Origin: Caecitellus pseudoparvulus
Taxonomy: Eukaryota; Protista; Bigyra: Bicosoecida
Length of the DNA stretch: 64,000 nt
Direction: 5' to 3'
Assembly (NCBI GenBank): GCA_965644315.1
Contig: CBFFRQ010000069.1
Location: 1,364,001 to 1,428,000 of the forward strand
Shown: positions 49,550 through 61,300 of the stretch, in pieces
Position numbering within the stretch: the stretch's first letter is position 1
Layout of the letters: every line of letters starts with the position of its first letter
Made by a program: the position numbers and the translations under genes
The notes under the pieces: generated by a model
Told to the model about the DNA's origin: nothing
The model's input: the letters and a program-made list of their open reading frames with translations, nothing else
Databases searched by the model: none

Positions 49550-51376
49550 CTACTTGCGTGAGGCCAGACGACGCCGACGGATGCCCAAGGTCTTCCTTGG
49601 GGCAGCCCCTTCCTTGGGCAGGTGAGAGAGTAAGGAGCTTGCTTTCGTGAAAGTGGGCTGCATCACGTTTGCTGCGGCAGGTGGCGGGGGGAGCATGGCC
49701 GCTCTCTTGCTTGGCTGGAAAAAGTCACCTTGACCGGTTGATGACGTGTCTGGAAGCTTGCTGACCATCCTGGCCGCTGCAGCAGCAGTGTCTGTGCGGC
49801 TGGTGCACACGTCACACGTCGGGAAGGCTGCCGAGGTGCACGATGGATGTGCTCGGAACGCACACTTGTCCCCGAAGTGCCTCCCGATGGCCACACGTCG
49901 GCAAGACGGCTCCAAGACATAGCTTTGCATCGCTTCAAATTCGTCCTGCACTTGCTCAGGTCGCCGCTTGGACAGGCGCGTTCTGGATGGCGCGTCAGCG
50001 CCAGCGTTTGCTGCTTGCTGAGCACGCCATTTGCACCTCCGCAGCTCTTGTGTGTCGGCGAATAGAAGGCAGTGAGAGGCTTTCCCGTCACGCCCAGCCC
50101 GGCCCGCCTCCTGGTAGTATGCGGCCAGGGATGTGGGGATGTTCCAGTGTGCCACCAAGCGCACAGTGGGGCAGTCAATGCCCATCCCAAACGCGATAGT
50201 GGCCACCATGGTGCAGGCCTTCCCAGAGCGCCAGTCCACGAGGGCTTCTCGCCTCTGCTTTGGGGTGATGCGGGCATTGAAGACAGCTGCCGAGATGCCC
50301 TCTGCCTTCAGCATGCCGGCGACGTTCAGAGTCTCGTCCACAGAAGAACAGTACACTATTGCGTGAGACGAGCTCCTTGCAGGAGCTGGCTTGAACATTT
50401 GCGGCACCACTCGCTTCTTCGGAGCTTTCACAGTGTCTTTAGCGTGCAGCAGGGATGTCGCAGATCGGAATGTTGTGCAAGCTGCTCCAGAGGGAGCTCC
50501 CAGGCTGGCCCACAGCTCAGATGCAGAGGGTTGGCGGGGGCGCTTCTCACCGCCAACAGCCGCACTGCCGTCAACCGTCGGCGGTGTCGGGAGGCCCAAA
50601 GCTTCACGAATGGCAGAAGCTAGAAACTGCAGCTTTGAGCGGTCGCCTGTAAAGTGCGTCTTGCCATATGCCACGGTGTACCGCAATTCAGGCCGATCCA
50701 CAGGGGCGCGAAGGACAATGGCAGCTTCGGGCGGAGGCAAAGTGGGAGCAGGCGGGGGGAGCGTCATGCCCAGCTGCTGACAAACAGCCTGGAGAACATA
50801 AGGGGTGGCTGTGGCTGTCAGTGCGAGCAGGGGCACTCCAGGCAAGCTGCTGCGCAGCCCCACTAACTTGGAGTACGAGGGTCTAAAGTCGTGACCCCAC
50901 TGGTTTATGCAGTGTGCCTCATCCACGACAAGGCGCAGCAGAAGACCCCGTTCAGCAAGGTCTGTGAGTAGCCGCATGCCAGTGTGCGACATTGCGCGCT
51001 CTGGAGAGCAAAGGACGACTCTTGTCTTCGGGGCTGCGCTCGCGAGGTCAACCAGGAGAGCACGCTCTGCGGCCTTGCCAATCTCGCTGTGCCAAGCAGC
51101 GGCAGGAACATTCCCAGTGGCTGAGAGGCGTCTTGCTTGATCGTCCATGAGGGCAATCAGAGGCGACAGGCACACTGTGACGCCCACGGCGGCCATGAGG
51201 CCAGGCAAAGCATACACAAGAGTTTTGCCGCCTCCAGTGGGCAGGCACACCATGGCATCCTTGCCAGACGCGGCCGCTTCTACGGCCTGGCGCTGGGCGT
51301 CAGACCGCCACGATGAATACCCAAACTTGGGCAACAATGCCTCCAGCTCTCCTGCCCGTTGGAGCTGTGCAGCCAT
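49550..51376 (-). CDS. RecQ-family DNA helicase (RECQ5-like core; no winged-helix or HRDC domain evident)
   Basis: [79 protein letters not shown], Zn site CRR..HFGD..CDVC. Confidence 0.95.
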   Translation of the reverse strand: MAAQLQRAGELEALLPKFGYSSWRSDAQRQAVEAAASGKDAMVCLPTGGGKTLVYALPGLMAAVGVTVCLSPLIALMDDQARRLSATGNVPAAAWHSEIGKAAERALLVDLASAAPKTRVVLCSPERAMSHTGMRLLTDLAERGLLLRLVVDEAHCINQWGHDFRPSYSKLVGLRSSLPGVPLLALTATATPYVLQAVCQQLGMTLPPPAPTLPPPEAAIVLRAPVDRPELRYTVAYGKTHFTGDRSKLQFLASAIREALGLPTPPTVDGSAAVGGEKRPRQPSASELWASLGAPSGAACTTFRSATSLLHAKDTVKAPKKRVVPQMFKPAPARSSSHAIVYCSSVDETLNVAGMLKAEGISAAVFNARITPKQRREALVDWRSGKACTMVATIAFGMGIDCPTVRLVAHWNIPTSLAAYYQEAGRAGRDGKASHCLLFADTQELRRCKWRAQQAANAGADAPSRTRLSKRRPEQVQDEFEAMQSYVLEPSCRRVAIGRHFGDKCAFRAHPSCTSAAFPTCDVCTSRTDTAAAAARMVSKLPDTSSTGQGDFFQPSKRAAMLPPPPAAANVMQPTFTKASSLLSHLPKEGAAPRKTLGIRRRRLASRK

Positions 51377-51685
51377 GATGCGGCAGCTGCGTTTCAGCGT
51401 TTCGCGTGTGCATCGGCGGTCGGCTTTGAAGCGGGGAGCCCCAAAGCCCCGCGAGCCGGGCCGTCTGAAGCAAGCCTGGCTTAATGAAACAATAGTTTGC
51501 GAAGTCTTTCTGCTGGTGGCCACTGCCGACGCCGCTTGGTGAGCGCGCGGTGGAGTTCAAAGTGTCAGGTGGGGGGCTTTTGCCTGCCACGCAAAGGCTG
51601 GGACGTGGCTCGCACACTCTTGGCACGGAGGGTGCATTTGGACAGCAACTGAACACAATCGCGCATCAACGTGGGGCGGCCACAC

Positions 51686-54600
51686 TCAAGTGGTTTCCTT
51701 GGGCTCGAACGTTGTGCGCGTCTTCACTTCGTCGCGCTGGCGGCCAAGCCCAGCAAGCGGCCGACCAGCCAGAGGAGATGTCATCATGCCGCCGCCATCG
51801 GTGCCGATGCCAGACGACGCGAAAGCCTGTTTGCTCTCGGCTGCAGCTGCCTTCTTCGCCATGGGGTTGCTGGAGCCCTGCAGAGCAGCGTCATACTGGG
51901 CTTCGTCAGCCAGCATCTCCGCACGGATCTCGGCTGGAGAGCGCTTGTTCTTGCAGCTGCGCTTGATGCAGCGGGTGCAAGTCTTGAAGTGCTTCTCGCC
52001 AATGGCCTTACGAAGGCGGGACTTGGAGGCGTTGCCGCCCATGCCGTACAGGAAAATGATGAGAGTCACGATGAGGACGACGAACAGCACTGCAGTCAGA
52101 GCGGTGGCAGGGCCAGGCTCAGAACCCACCTGCCAGAAGAGCAGCGAGCCCAGCATGAGGATGAGCGTGGACACGAGAGACAGTGTCTCCAGGGCATTCA
52201 GCGCCGGGATCAGGTAGGGCTGCACAGAGAGTTGCAGTGCGAGGGCGACGGTGATGATGCCCGCTGCAGCAAACATCTGCGTGTGGCCGTCCGTGATGGT
52301 GGCAGACACGAGCACCACCAGGATCTTGCGCACAACAACGAGGGTTTCCCACCAGTACAGGTCATGGCGGTAGCCATCGTACAGGAATGAGAAGCGGTGG
52401 AAGACTTGGTGCTGGGCGAGCAGGGCGCTCAGCTTGGCTTGGTCTGAGCGCTCCATCTTGCCTTGGATCTTCACTGCCTCACGGAAGGCCTGGCTTTGGC
52501 GTCGAGGCTTCTTGGCAGAGGAAGCCTTGCCATCCAGCACGCCACGCTTCAGGCGATCTTCGAGAGCCAGGCCCTCGGCAGTGGGCCACAGGTGCTCGCG
52601 GTTGCGGTACAGCAGGATGAGCGTGCCGATTGGCAGGCCCACGGCGTACACAGCCAGCAGGATGCCAGCGATGACTCGCCAGAACAGGTGCTCTGGGGAG
52701 TCGGCAAGGACGGTCAGGTCAGCGGCGAGACGGGGATGTCCCTCCACGGGGTACTGATACTCGTGGAAGGCAGACACCAGCTCACGGAAGACTCGGTTGT
52801 ACACAAGGAAAACGAGCACGACCGCCGAGGCGTACGCCAAGTTCTTGGACCCCTCCACTGTGGGCGGCAGCTCAGGGCGAGGGATGCGGGGCTTCTTCTT
52901 CCCCTTGCCGTCTGCCTTGGCCTTTGCACCTTCGCCAGCCTTGGAGCCATCCTTAGCGGATTCTGCCGGGCTGCTGGAGGACTCATCGCCCCCTGGAGTT
53001 GCCTTTGAGCCTGCCACGCGCAGGGGGTTGGAGACCATGGCGTCATCCTTGCCAGATGCAGCGGCGGCATCATCCCCCGTCGCGCCCTCAGCCCCCAACT
53101 TCTTGATGAGCTCTTGGCGCTTCGCCTCTCGCTTCTCCCACTGCGCGCGACGGCAGGGGAGCGTGGCGAAGAGGACGATTGCAGGCAAGATCATGGCAAT
53201 GACAGGCATCAGCATGTAGCCCAGCAGCCGGTTGTGGTAGGTGGGGTGGAACGTGCACTGCACGGGGTACAAGTCCATGGACACGCCGTCACCGACAGAG
53301 CCGCCCTGCTCAATGACGCCGAAGAGCTCGGGCACACGCAGACGCAGCGCCGTGAGCACGGTGCACATCTGAATGAAAGACAGCCCAATACGCTGGGAGC
53401 CGGACTGGGTGGTGCGGAAGCGGCTGCGGCGCACACGGCGCCGAATCCAGAACACGGCGAACGCGGCGATGAAGATGACCGCCAGCACCATCAAAATCCA
53501 CGAGACGACGACGCCCGTGCACTTGGAGCAAGCGCCTGTGCCAGCGTTGACATACCCAGGGACACAGGACTGGCACAGTGGCCCCGTGTGTCCGTCAAAG
53601 CAGTACACACGCTGCTCAGACAAGGCAGCCAGGCTCAAGCTGAGGCTGCTGTCGTTCACCAGGGAAAAGTTGCCCAGGGACTGCAGGTGGCGTGCAGCCT
53701 CCTCCTCGGGCGCTGCGGCGCCCCGTGCCTCGGCCCACCAAGTGTTGAAGGAGCTGCGACCTGTTTCCAGGAACTTGCCTGTCTCAAAGTCCAAGTTTGT
53801 TGCAAACGCAGCCAAGCGCCGCGCACCCCCCGATGGCGCAGCAGAGGAGTCAGCCGCAGCAGCGTCGCTGGAGCGAACGTCTTCGACATTGCACAGGCCA
53901 ATCAGAGGGCATGAGTGAAAGCGCAGGCCGCTCGTGGCGGCGTCTGCAGCAGACAGAGTCTCGCCGCGCTCCCACCAGTGGTCGTCATCCACGCGCAGCA
54001 CGCCGTTCACACAGGTCGCACCAGAGTCAGGACACGCCTTACACGTCTCTGATCCAGGTGCAGAGAACTGCCCCGCAGAGCAGGACAGGCACTGCTCCAC
54101 AGAGTAGCCGGAGGACCGCTCGCCTGGCTCGCAGGGAGAGCACTCTACGCGCCCAGAAGACTCCTTGGAAGCAGCCAAGGATGACATGGCTTCCAGGGCA
54201 GAGAAGCGGAACGCGTCCGCCTCGGGAACGTACGCGGGGATGTTCAAGCCGCCGCTCACCTCCCCAGTGGCCTGGGTGTAAATGTTGCACACGTCGATGC
54301 CGCCTGTGTCTGCAAATCCTCCCGTGGCCAAGGAAATCTGGGCGATGGACTGCGGCATGCCCTCCAACACCAGCTCGTCCATGGCAGCCTGAACTTGGGG
54401 GCTCCAAAGAGCCGCCAACTGGGCTGAGTTGGCGCCCTGATCCCGCAGCGCATTCTGGGCAACAGCGGCGGAGATGCCGTCAGAAATAGCCCCGCCATGC
54501 CCAGGCGAGCACAGGCACGTCATGTTGTTCTGGGCTGTGTCCGGGAGCAGGCTGCCAGCAGTGCAGTTCGCGGGCAAAACCTTCACCTGCAAAGGCTGCA

Positions 54601-56523
54601 GAGGTGCTGTGGAGGCAGAGGACAGTCGGGCGCTCAGCTGCACGAGGCCGGGCAGCGCAGCACGCATGGAGACGAGGTACAGGCCCGGTCCCACAGCAGT
54701 GTACGATGTGACCACTGTTGAGCCGTTGCCAGTCTGCGCGCCACCCGCTGACCCGCCGCCGGGAAGGTCAACCAAGATCTGCTCAGCGTCGATGGCAGGC
54801 ACGTCACCAGCGCATGGGCGAGGGTGCCCAAAAGCGTCGCGCAAAGCCAGCAGGGCGACAGGGCGCAGGCCTTGTCCTTGGGCCATGATGTTTACGAATG
54901 CTGACGACTGGCGCCGCAGGGGAATGAGCTGCGAGCGCGCGCGGGAAGCCTGTCCCAGCAGGCGCTGCATGCCCACCTCCACCACACGCTGCTCCAGCAG
55001 ACGGTACTGAGGCACGCCAGCCTGGCCAGAGAAGTAGTCCGGGTCGCCATTGGACACTTCCTCAAAGAAGTGCAGAGTGAAGTGCTCGGTTTGGTCTTGG
55101 TCCAGGCGCGGGATGGAGCCCGGGTACGCGTAGAACACGCTCAGGTACACGCCCAATGTGGAGCCAGCAGGCACAGCAGCCGCAGTCAAGCCCTTCGGAA
55201 TGATAGTTGGGTGTGCCCCAGCGCCCTGTGCGTGTGCCGTTAAGTTGAAGGCATATGGGAAGCCGTCAATGGGCGACACAGCAGACGCGGAGAAGGCACA
55301 TGCCCAGTCCTCGCACGCGGTATCGGCATACTGCTGCCCAGGGTTAGTATTGACTGTGGCATTGCGCCACTCCCCGGGAGGGGTCACGAATTCTGCCAGG
55401 CGGAGAATGCCGTCCGAAGGAACTATGGAAGTGGGCCCGGACATCTCAAGGCTGGGCGTGACGACCACCACCACGCCTTGCACATCCAGGTTCGTGATCT
55501 CCACAGTCACAGAGGAGTCTTGCTGGTTCGGCAACATGGCGTACTGCACAGAGGTCGGGCACACAGCAGCGCTGGTCACGAGTGCTTGCCAGCCAAGCAC
55601 CATTTCGGGAGATGAAGTTGGGCTGGGGCTGCCGGCTGCTGCAACGCCAGACGTTGCGCCGCCGCCGAGCCCTGACGCGAGAACAGACAGCGACACCTGC
55701 ATGGTGTACACGTTGTACGCGCCCTGGTACACTCCCCTGCGCGGCAGGCGAGCTGAGGACACAGTCACAGAGGAGCTCCCCTGCGCAGTGTCGACGTTGC
55801 TGTACGCAGCGAGCAGATCTGCAACTGCCTTGCCAGTACTGCCAGCGCTGGCGTCTGAGCCAGACACTGCGGGCAGCAGCACTCCAGAGTAGGTCAGGTC
55901 AAGCAGGGGCTTCACGTTGCGTGTGTCGGGGCTGTCAGTGGCTGACTGGGAAGAATTCGTCGCCGCCGAGCGCGATGCCGCCGTCGGTTGAAGGAACCAC
56001 AGCGTGACTTGAGTTGAGGAAGCATCCTGAGAGGCAGGCACAGCTGTGGCACTCGAAGGCAAAGACAGGGTCACTGAAGAGACACCAGCCCTGTCTGGTT
56101 GCAATTGCTGTGAGGGGCGAGGGGACAGCGTGCCAAGGCCAAGTGCACTACACCAGAGAAGAGGAGCACTCGGCACGAGCTCTGACTCACAAGGGAGACG
56201 CTGGACGGCGCCACCTCGATGTTTTCGCTCCCTTGAAGCCCTCTTCGGGCTGAAGTGAGGTGCACGTGCTCCTGGGGCAGCCCGACGAAAGGGTTGCAAC
56301 CTGCGAAACGCCGGCGGCAAGGCGCACTGCATCGACAGCTTCAGACTCGCAGGCGCACGCCACACCGCAAAAGGTGGAATCCTAGAGCACTGATGGCTCA
56401 TTCCTATCCCTTCGTCGGCTAGTTCCGCTGTGACTCACCCGTGGAGGCCACAGCGGAAGCGTGCGTGGTGGCAGCCCCTGACAGAGCCGCCACAATGGCA
56501 AACAGGGCCGCTGCTGAGCGCAT
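51686..56523 (-). CDS. Secreted-pathway multi-pass membrane protein: Ig/filamin-like ectodomain, Cys-rich (GCC/ephrin-receptor-like) repeats, about 9 TM
   Basis: Signal peptide MRSAAALFAIVAALSGAATTHA at 56523; introns 56301-56438 and 56108-56190 join it in frame to the 1571-aa ORF. CSPCEPG, CLSCSAGQFS, CKACP, GHTGPLCQSC; TM region with FSFLYDGY..YWWE..RK..QPY..NALE. Confidence 0.85.
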
Positions 56524-58303
56524 GGCGAAGACTGCTGCGCGTATCTGCGCGAGAGAGGGAATCAAAAGGCAGTTTTCTATTCCTGCGTGGAACATGGAGG
56601 CCGCTCAGCCCCTCAGAGCTGACGACAGCCACAGCGGGAAACTCGGGATGCACCACAAGTGCATCAGGTGGAGCGCCCACGCACACACCTGAAGAGGCTG
56701 CTCCCGGAAAGGCAGCAGCGTCCAGCGGTGATGTGCAGCCTAACCAAAGACTAGTACCCTGCTTGCAGTGCTGGGAACACACGCTGCTCAAGCAGAGGGG
56801 CAGGCTGTGTGGCACAGCGCACGCGCCGCAACGCGACCCGCTCCCTGCTCGGTGCGTGGTGCAGGTGCAAGGCCCTACTGGCGTAGAACGTGCAGTGAGC
56901 TCCTGTGCAAATCCACGTGTGAAATGCGCGGGACCTTGTGCGATTTTGCATCAGGGGAGCTTTTGGGACGCAGAGCAGATCTGCACTCCGTCCCTGTGGT
57001 TGCTCGCTCCACTGGCTTTGCTGCGCAACTCAGACAGGAGTGAAGAGCGAGCCAGCTGAAGCACACAGCGCCGGCCGCGCAGCACAGTGCAGGAGCTCAC
57101 GAGTCTGACACATGCTGGGGATGTTCTGCGTCCGCACTCATGCTGGGCACGCTGCGCATCGGGCGCATCTGCCCGCCTCCAGCCGAAGAGGGACAACCCG
57201 TGGGAGAGTGAGAACACAGAAACTCGCTGCCAGCACCACAAGGACAGCGCAGAGCGTGGAGGTAGGTGATCTGGTCAGGTCCACGGTGCCTGCTGGAACC
57301 CGAGCTCACCCTCGCTGCTGCGACGCTCTGTCTCGCTGGCGTGGGCTGACACGCCGCCGCTCCAAGACCTTCCACAGCAAAATCTCAACAACAACAAAAC
57401 CACTGCCACAAGCACACGGCGTGGTACCCGCTTGTAAGGACTCAGACCGCGCCAGCATCGTTCCTGGGGTACTTTTTCCCCCTCGGTGTCGCGAGCTGCT
57501 TCGGCACCTCCGCGCTGCTGCAACATTTCTCCTTCCAGCATACGCACACTCTCGGCTGGAAGGCGTAGCACCCTGGTGATCGCAGGAGGCACATCCCGGA
57601 TCCATTTTGGTTCACGAGGGCTGCCCATCCCCCAGCCCAGCGACCCAGTCCCAGCCGCCTTCCGCTGCAGAGAGAGAGCAGTGGGCCCGCTGCCCACTTG
57701 AGCTCGCAGTCACCATCACCAGCTGAGACAACTTGCGCGCCAGACATGCTCCAGAGCACCTGCGAGCGCAGCCAAGAAACGATGATGTTGATGTCCAGGC
57801 GTGGACTGCAAGCAGACCGCGATTCTGGGGCTTTGAGGGAGGCGCTGCAGCGGCGGCGTGGCGGCATTTGTGTGCCGCCACATCGCTGTCGGCGAGGCCT
57901 CCCGCGCCGGGGCATCTCACAGCCTTCAGGCCGCTTCCAGCAAAGAATGGCTGCGTAGTTTGTCCCAAGAAGTAAGCAGATTCGTCAGGGTAGCCGCCAC
58001 GTCGTCACATTCGCTGCTTCCCTCGCGCTGGCTGCATGTCTCGAAATGGTGCGTGACGGGCACTGGCTCACGGAAGCCACTGGCGCTGGCGTGCGGTGGC
58101 GCTCAAGCTTCTGCCACCCCTTTGCTCCGCCCATGGCAAACGGGCTGCCATGCCCGATATAACGCAGCAGGTTCCATGCCCCCCCATCTGCGATTTGTGC
58201 TGTGCAGCGCGTGTTCTGCTTTCCACTGTCACCTGCGAAAGCCGGCGGAGTCTGATGGCAGTCGAAGAACCTATCACCGGGTCGACGCTCCCACACCACG
58301 CAG

Positions 58304-61300
58304 ACTCGGGCCCAAAGCCGAACAGAGTGTCCAGCGACCTGGACAGAGCACGGAGACCGCTGCTTCAAGGCTTTTGGGGTCGTGGAAAGCTGGGATGCTG
58401 CTCAAGCACGCTGTGCAGCGGCCGCCCCGGGTGCTCGCCTTGCCACGATACCAAACGCAGCCGCCCAAACAGCCCTCCAATCCGTCGCAAACGCGCCTGC
58501 TTGGCTCGGACTCAATGACATTCGGTCAGGTACGCCCAATGCTGCTTGCGCCTCTCCAGCAGCAGCTACTTGAAGCCACGCTCCCTGTTCACCACAGAGG
58601 ACAATCCGGTATGGCTTGATGGAACCACGCCGGCGATGAACGGGTACTCAAACTTCATCTCGCGTACGCCCCCACTTGGGACAGGCACAGTGTATGGTCG
58701 GGACACTGACCTTGGCAGGGACTGCTTCAGAATGACCACAACCGATTCCTGGATGTGGAACCCAATTCGTACGTTCGAGCAAGATGAACGCTCCACACAC
58801 ATTGACAAGCAGGATCCCCTTCTTCACAGAGTGCTCCTTCCCTGGTGGAAGAGCTTTGTGTGAGGTGCAGAAGGTTGTGTTCGAAATGAACACAACCGAG
58901 ACCCTGCATAAACCCCTGTGGATAGCAGGAGCTGGACCTCTCACCTGGCACGCGGCTCGAGCGGCTTGCGCTGAAAAAGGAGGCACCCTCTGGACGCCAT
59001 CCTCTGCCACTGAGGCAGACTGGGTGCTCTCGACTTTTGCTCTAGGAGCGGCATGGACAGGCGCATCCAGACCTCGCGGCACGCTGCATGCATGGCGCAC
59101 TGACTCCGGCGTGGCTCCATTTGGAGCTGGCATGCCCTTCGAGCCGTACTCCTTTGCGTGCAAGAACTGCTTGGGTATCCATGCTCTTGACAGCAAGCTT
59201 GTGCCACGAGACTGCTCGGAGCCCTTACATGCCGTGTGTGAGGCGCTCAGCCAGGGAGCAGGGGATGTGCACCATCGGTGCTCGCCAGGGTGGGTGTGGG
59301 ACCGCGAACACGGCACCTGCATCAGAATGGTGTCTTGGTCTGCGCCTTCGCTACAGAAAGCGCTTCAACTGTGCGCTGACAATGCTGCCAGTCTGGTGGG
59401 GGGCCTGGATTCAGTGTCAGACTCTGCGTGGGCGTTCCTGCACGAAGTTGGCGTGCTGCCTCGCTCAGCCATCGGTCCTTCAAGCACATCCTGGCTTGGC
59501 CTCTTGCGAGGTGAAGAGGTGGAGGGTTACGTACGGCTGCACGCTGGCACCATTTTCAACGAGTCTGCGCTGCCGCTGCATGGCCCACAAACAGCCCAGC
59601 CGTCCGCCCAAGCATACGTCGCACCAAACGGCTCAGGCTTCCGCTTTGAGTCGCCGCTTGAAGCCCCCGGCGCGGTGATCTGTCAGCGCCACATCTATGA
59701 AGGTGATGGGGGGCTAGGTGTGTGCCCAGAGGGATGGACTCCTGTGCTAGGGGAGTGCTGGCGTGCCTCTACTCAAATTACGCTGAAGGCAGCGGAGCTT
59801 GCGGGCGCTGCCCCTGCACAGCCGGCGCCACTGCCGTTCGCCGCAAACGTAAGAGATGCAAGGCGGGCATGCCACGCCTGGGGTGGGAGCTTCCTCGTCC
59901 CACTTGTGTCATCTTTCCGCTCGTTCATGCACCACACGCTCGCCACCTCTCGCGCAAGCGATTTGCAAGGCGACCCAGCCGAAACCTCACGCTGGTGGCT
60001 GGGCGCGCACAGCAAAGCGGACCACTTCGAATGGGACGGACTGGGTGGAGTACCCGGCAATAACACCTCCCACTACGATTGCTCGAACCCAACTTGCAAC
60101 CACGACAACTTCACCGCGCTGGTCGCATCTGCAACGTCTTGGCCGATGCTGCAAGCCGTGAACACAAGCGCCCGGGCATCCTTCATGTGCCTCATGCACC
60201 CCGCCGCCTGTCCATCTGGGAGAGTGTTCTATAGGGGGCACTGCTACTCGGTCTTTGCCTCACCGCAAATCCTGCCCAACGCTGCTGTCGTGTGCGCGGC
60301 CAATGGAGGCGGGCATTTGGCGACACTAACCAGCGACCACATGCGGCGATGGTTTGCCAACGGGTACACCTCCCTTCCCGACGACGTGTGGATGGGGGTT
60401 GACCCCATGAATTCCTACGCCGCGTTTCATGTCATGCATGGATCGTGGAACCTTGAAGGTCTGCCATTCGAAGCAGGCAACGTCGGCGGACCCATGTTGG
60501 CAAGCAACATTGGCTTCTACGCCAAGATGTCTGATGGTGCAAAAGTCTACAGTGAGGGTGCCTCGTCATCAAACCTGCCGTTTTGTCGACAAGCCATGGA
60601 TTTCCCCCTGATTCCGTTTTCCATCAACGATGACCCGCTCACGGTGTGTGCTCCTGGAACCAGCATGTACATGGAGCGCCACTGCTACGCTGTGGACCTA
60701 GCCGGTCACGACGCCCTGACTCATGAGGATGCAGCCGAAGCTTGCTTGACGTACATGCCCAACGCCCAGCTTGCTTCTATTTCGTCGTACGCGGAGGCGA
60801 TCCGGCTCTTTTCCATAATCCTTACAACTGCCCCCAGTGGCATTTATCATACCGGTCACACTGTGGTTGACGGTGGTTCACAGGGGCAGGCGTCTGAGTA
60901 CCGCCTGGACTCTGGGGAGTTCCCGTGGCAAGTTCCGTGGGAAAACTCACAACCAACTGCAAGCGGTACTTGCTCAACGGGCCAGCTCGTCTCTTCTGAG
61001 TTTCGAGTTAAAGCAGCCTCCTGTGCGAGCACGGCCGAGCCCATGTGCGAAGCCCCTGCCTATACAGCCTGCCCTTCAGGATGGATGCAGCTCTCAAGCT
61101 TGCAGCCGCTGCAAGAGACGCCCACACTGTATTGCTATCGGCTGATGCCCACTCAGGTGTCCATGCCGGCCGCACAAGCAGCGTGCTCCGACACAAATGA
61201 GGGGGGCGAACCTGGCGCCTTCTTATTCACACCTCGCTCCTCACGGCAAGTGCAGAACGTAGCTCGGTTCATCCGCTACACAACAGGGCAGGTGACTATC

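Noticed and set aside
57275-57697. Minus-strand ORF with a hydrophobic stretch as first exon of the 9-TM gene
   Set aside because: A better signal-peptide exon at 56523 with two frame-preserving canonical introns already explains that gene's 5' end.
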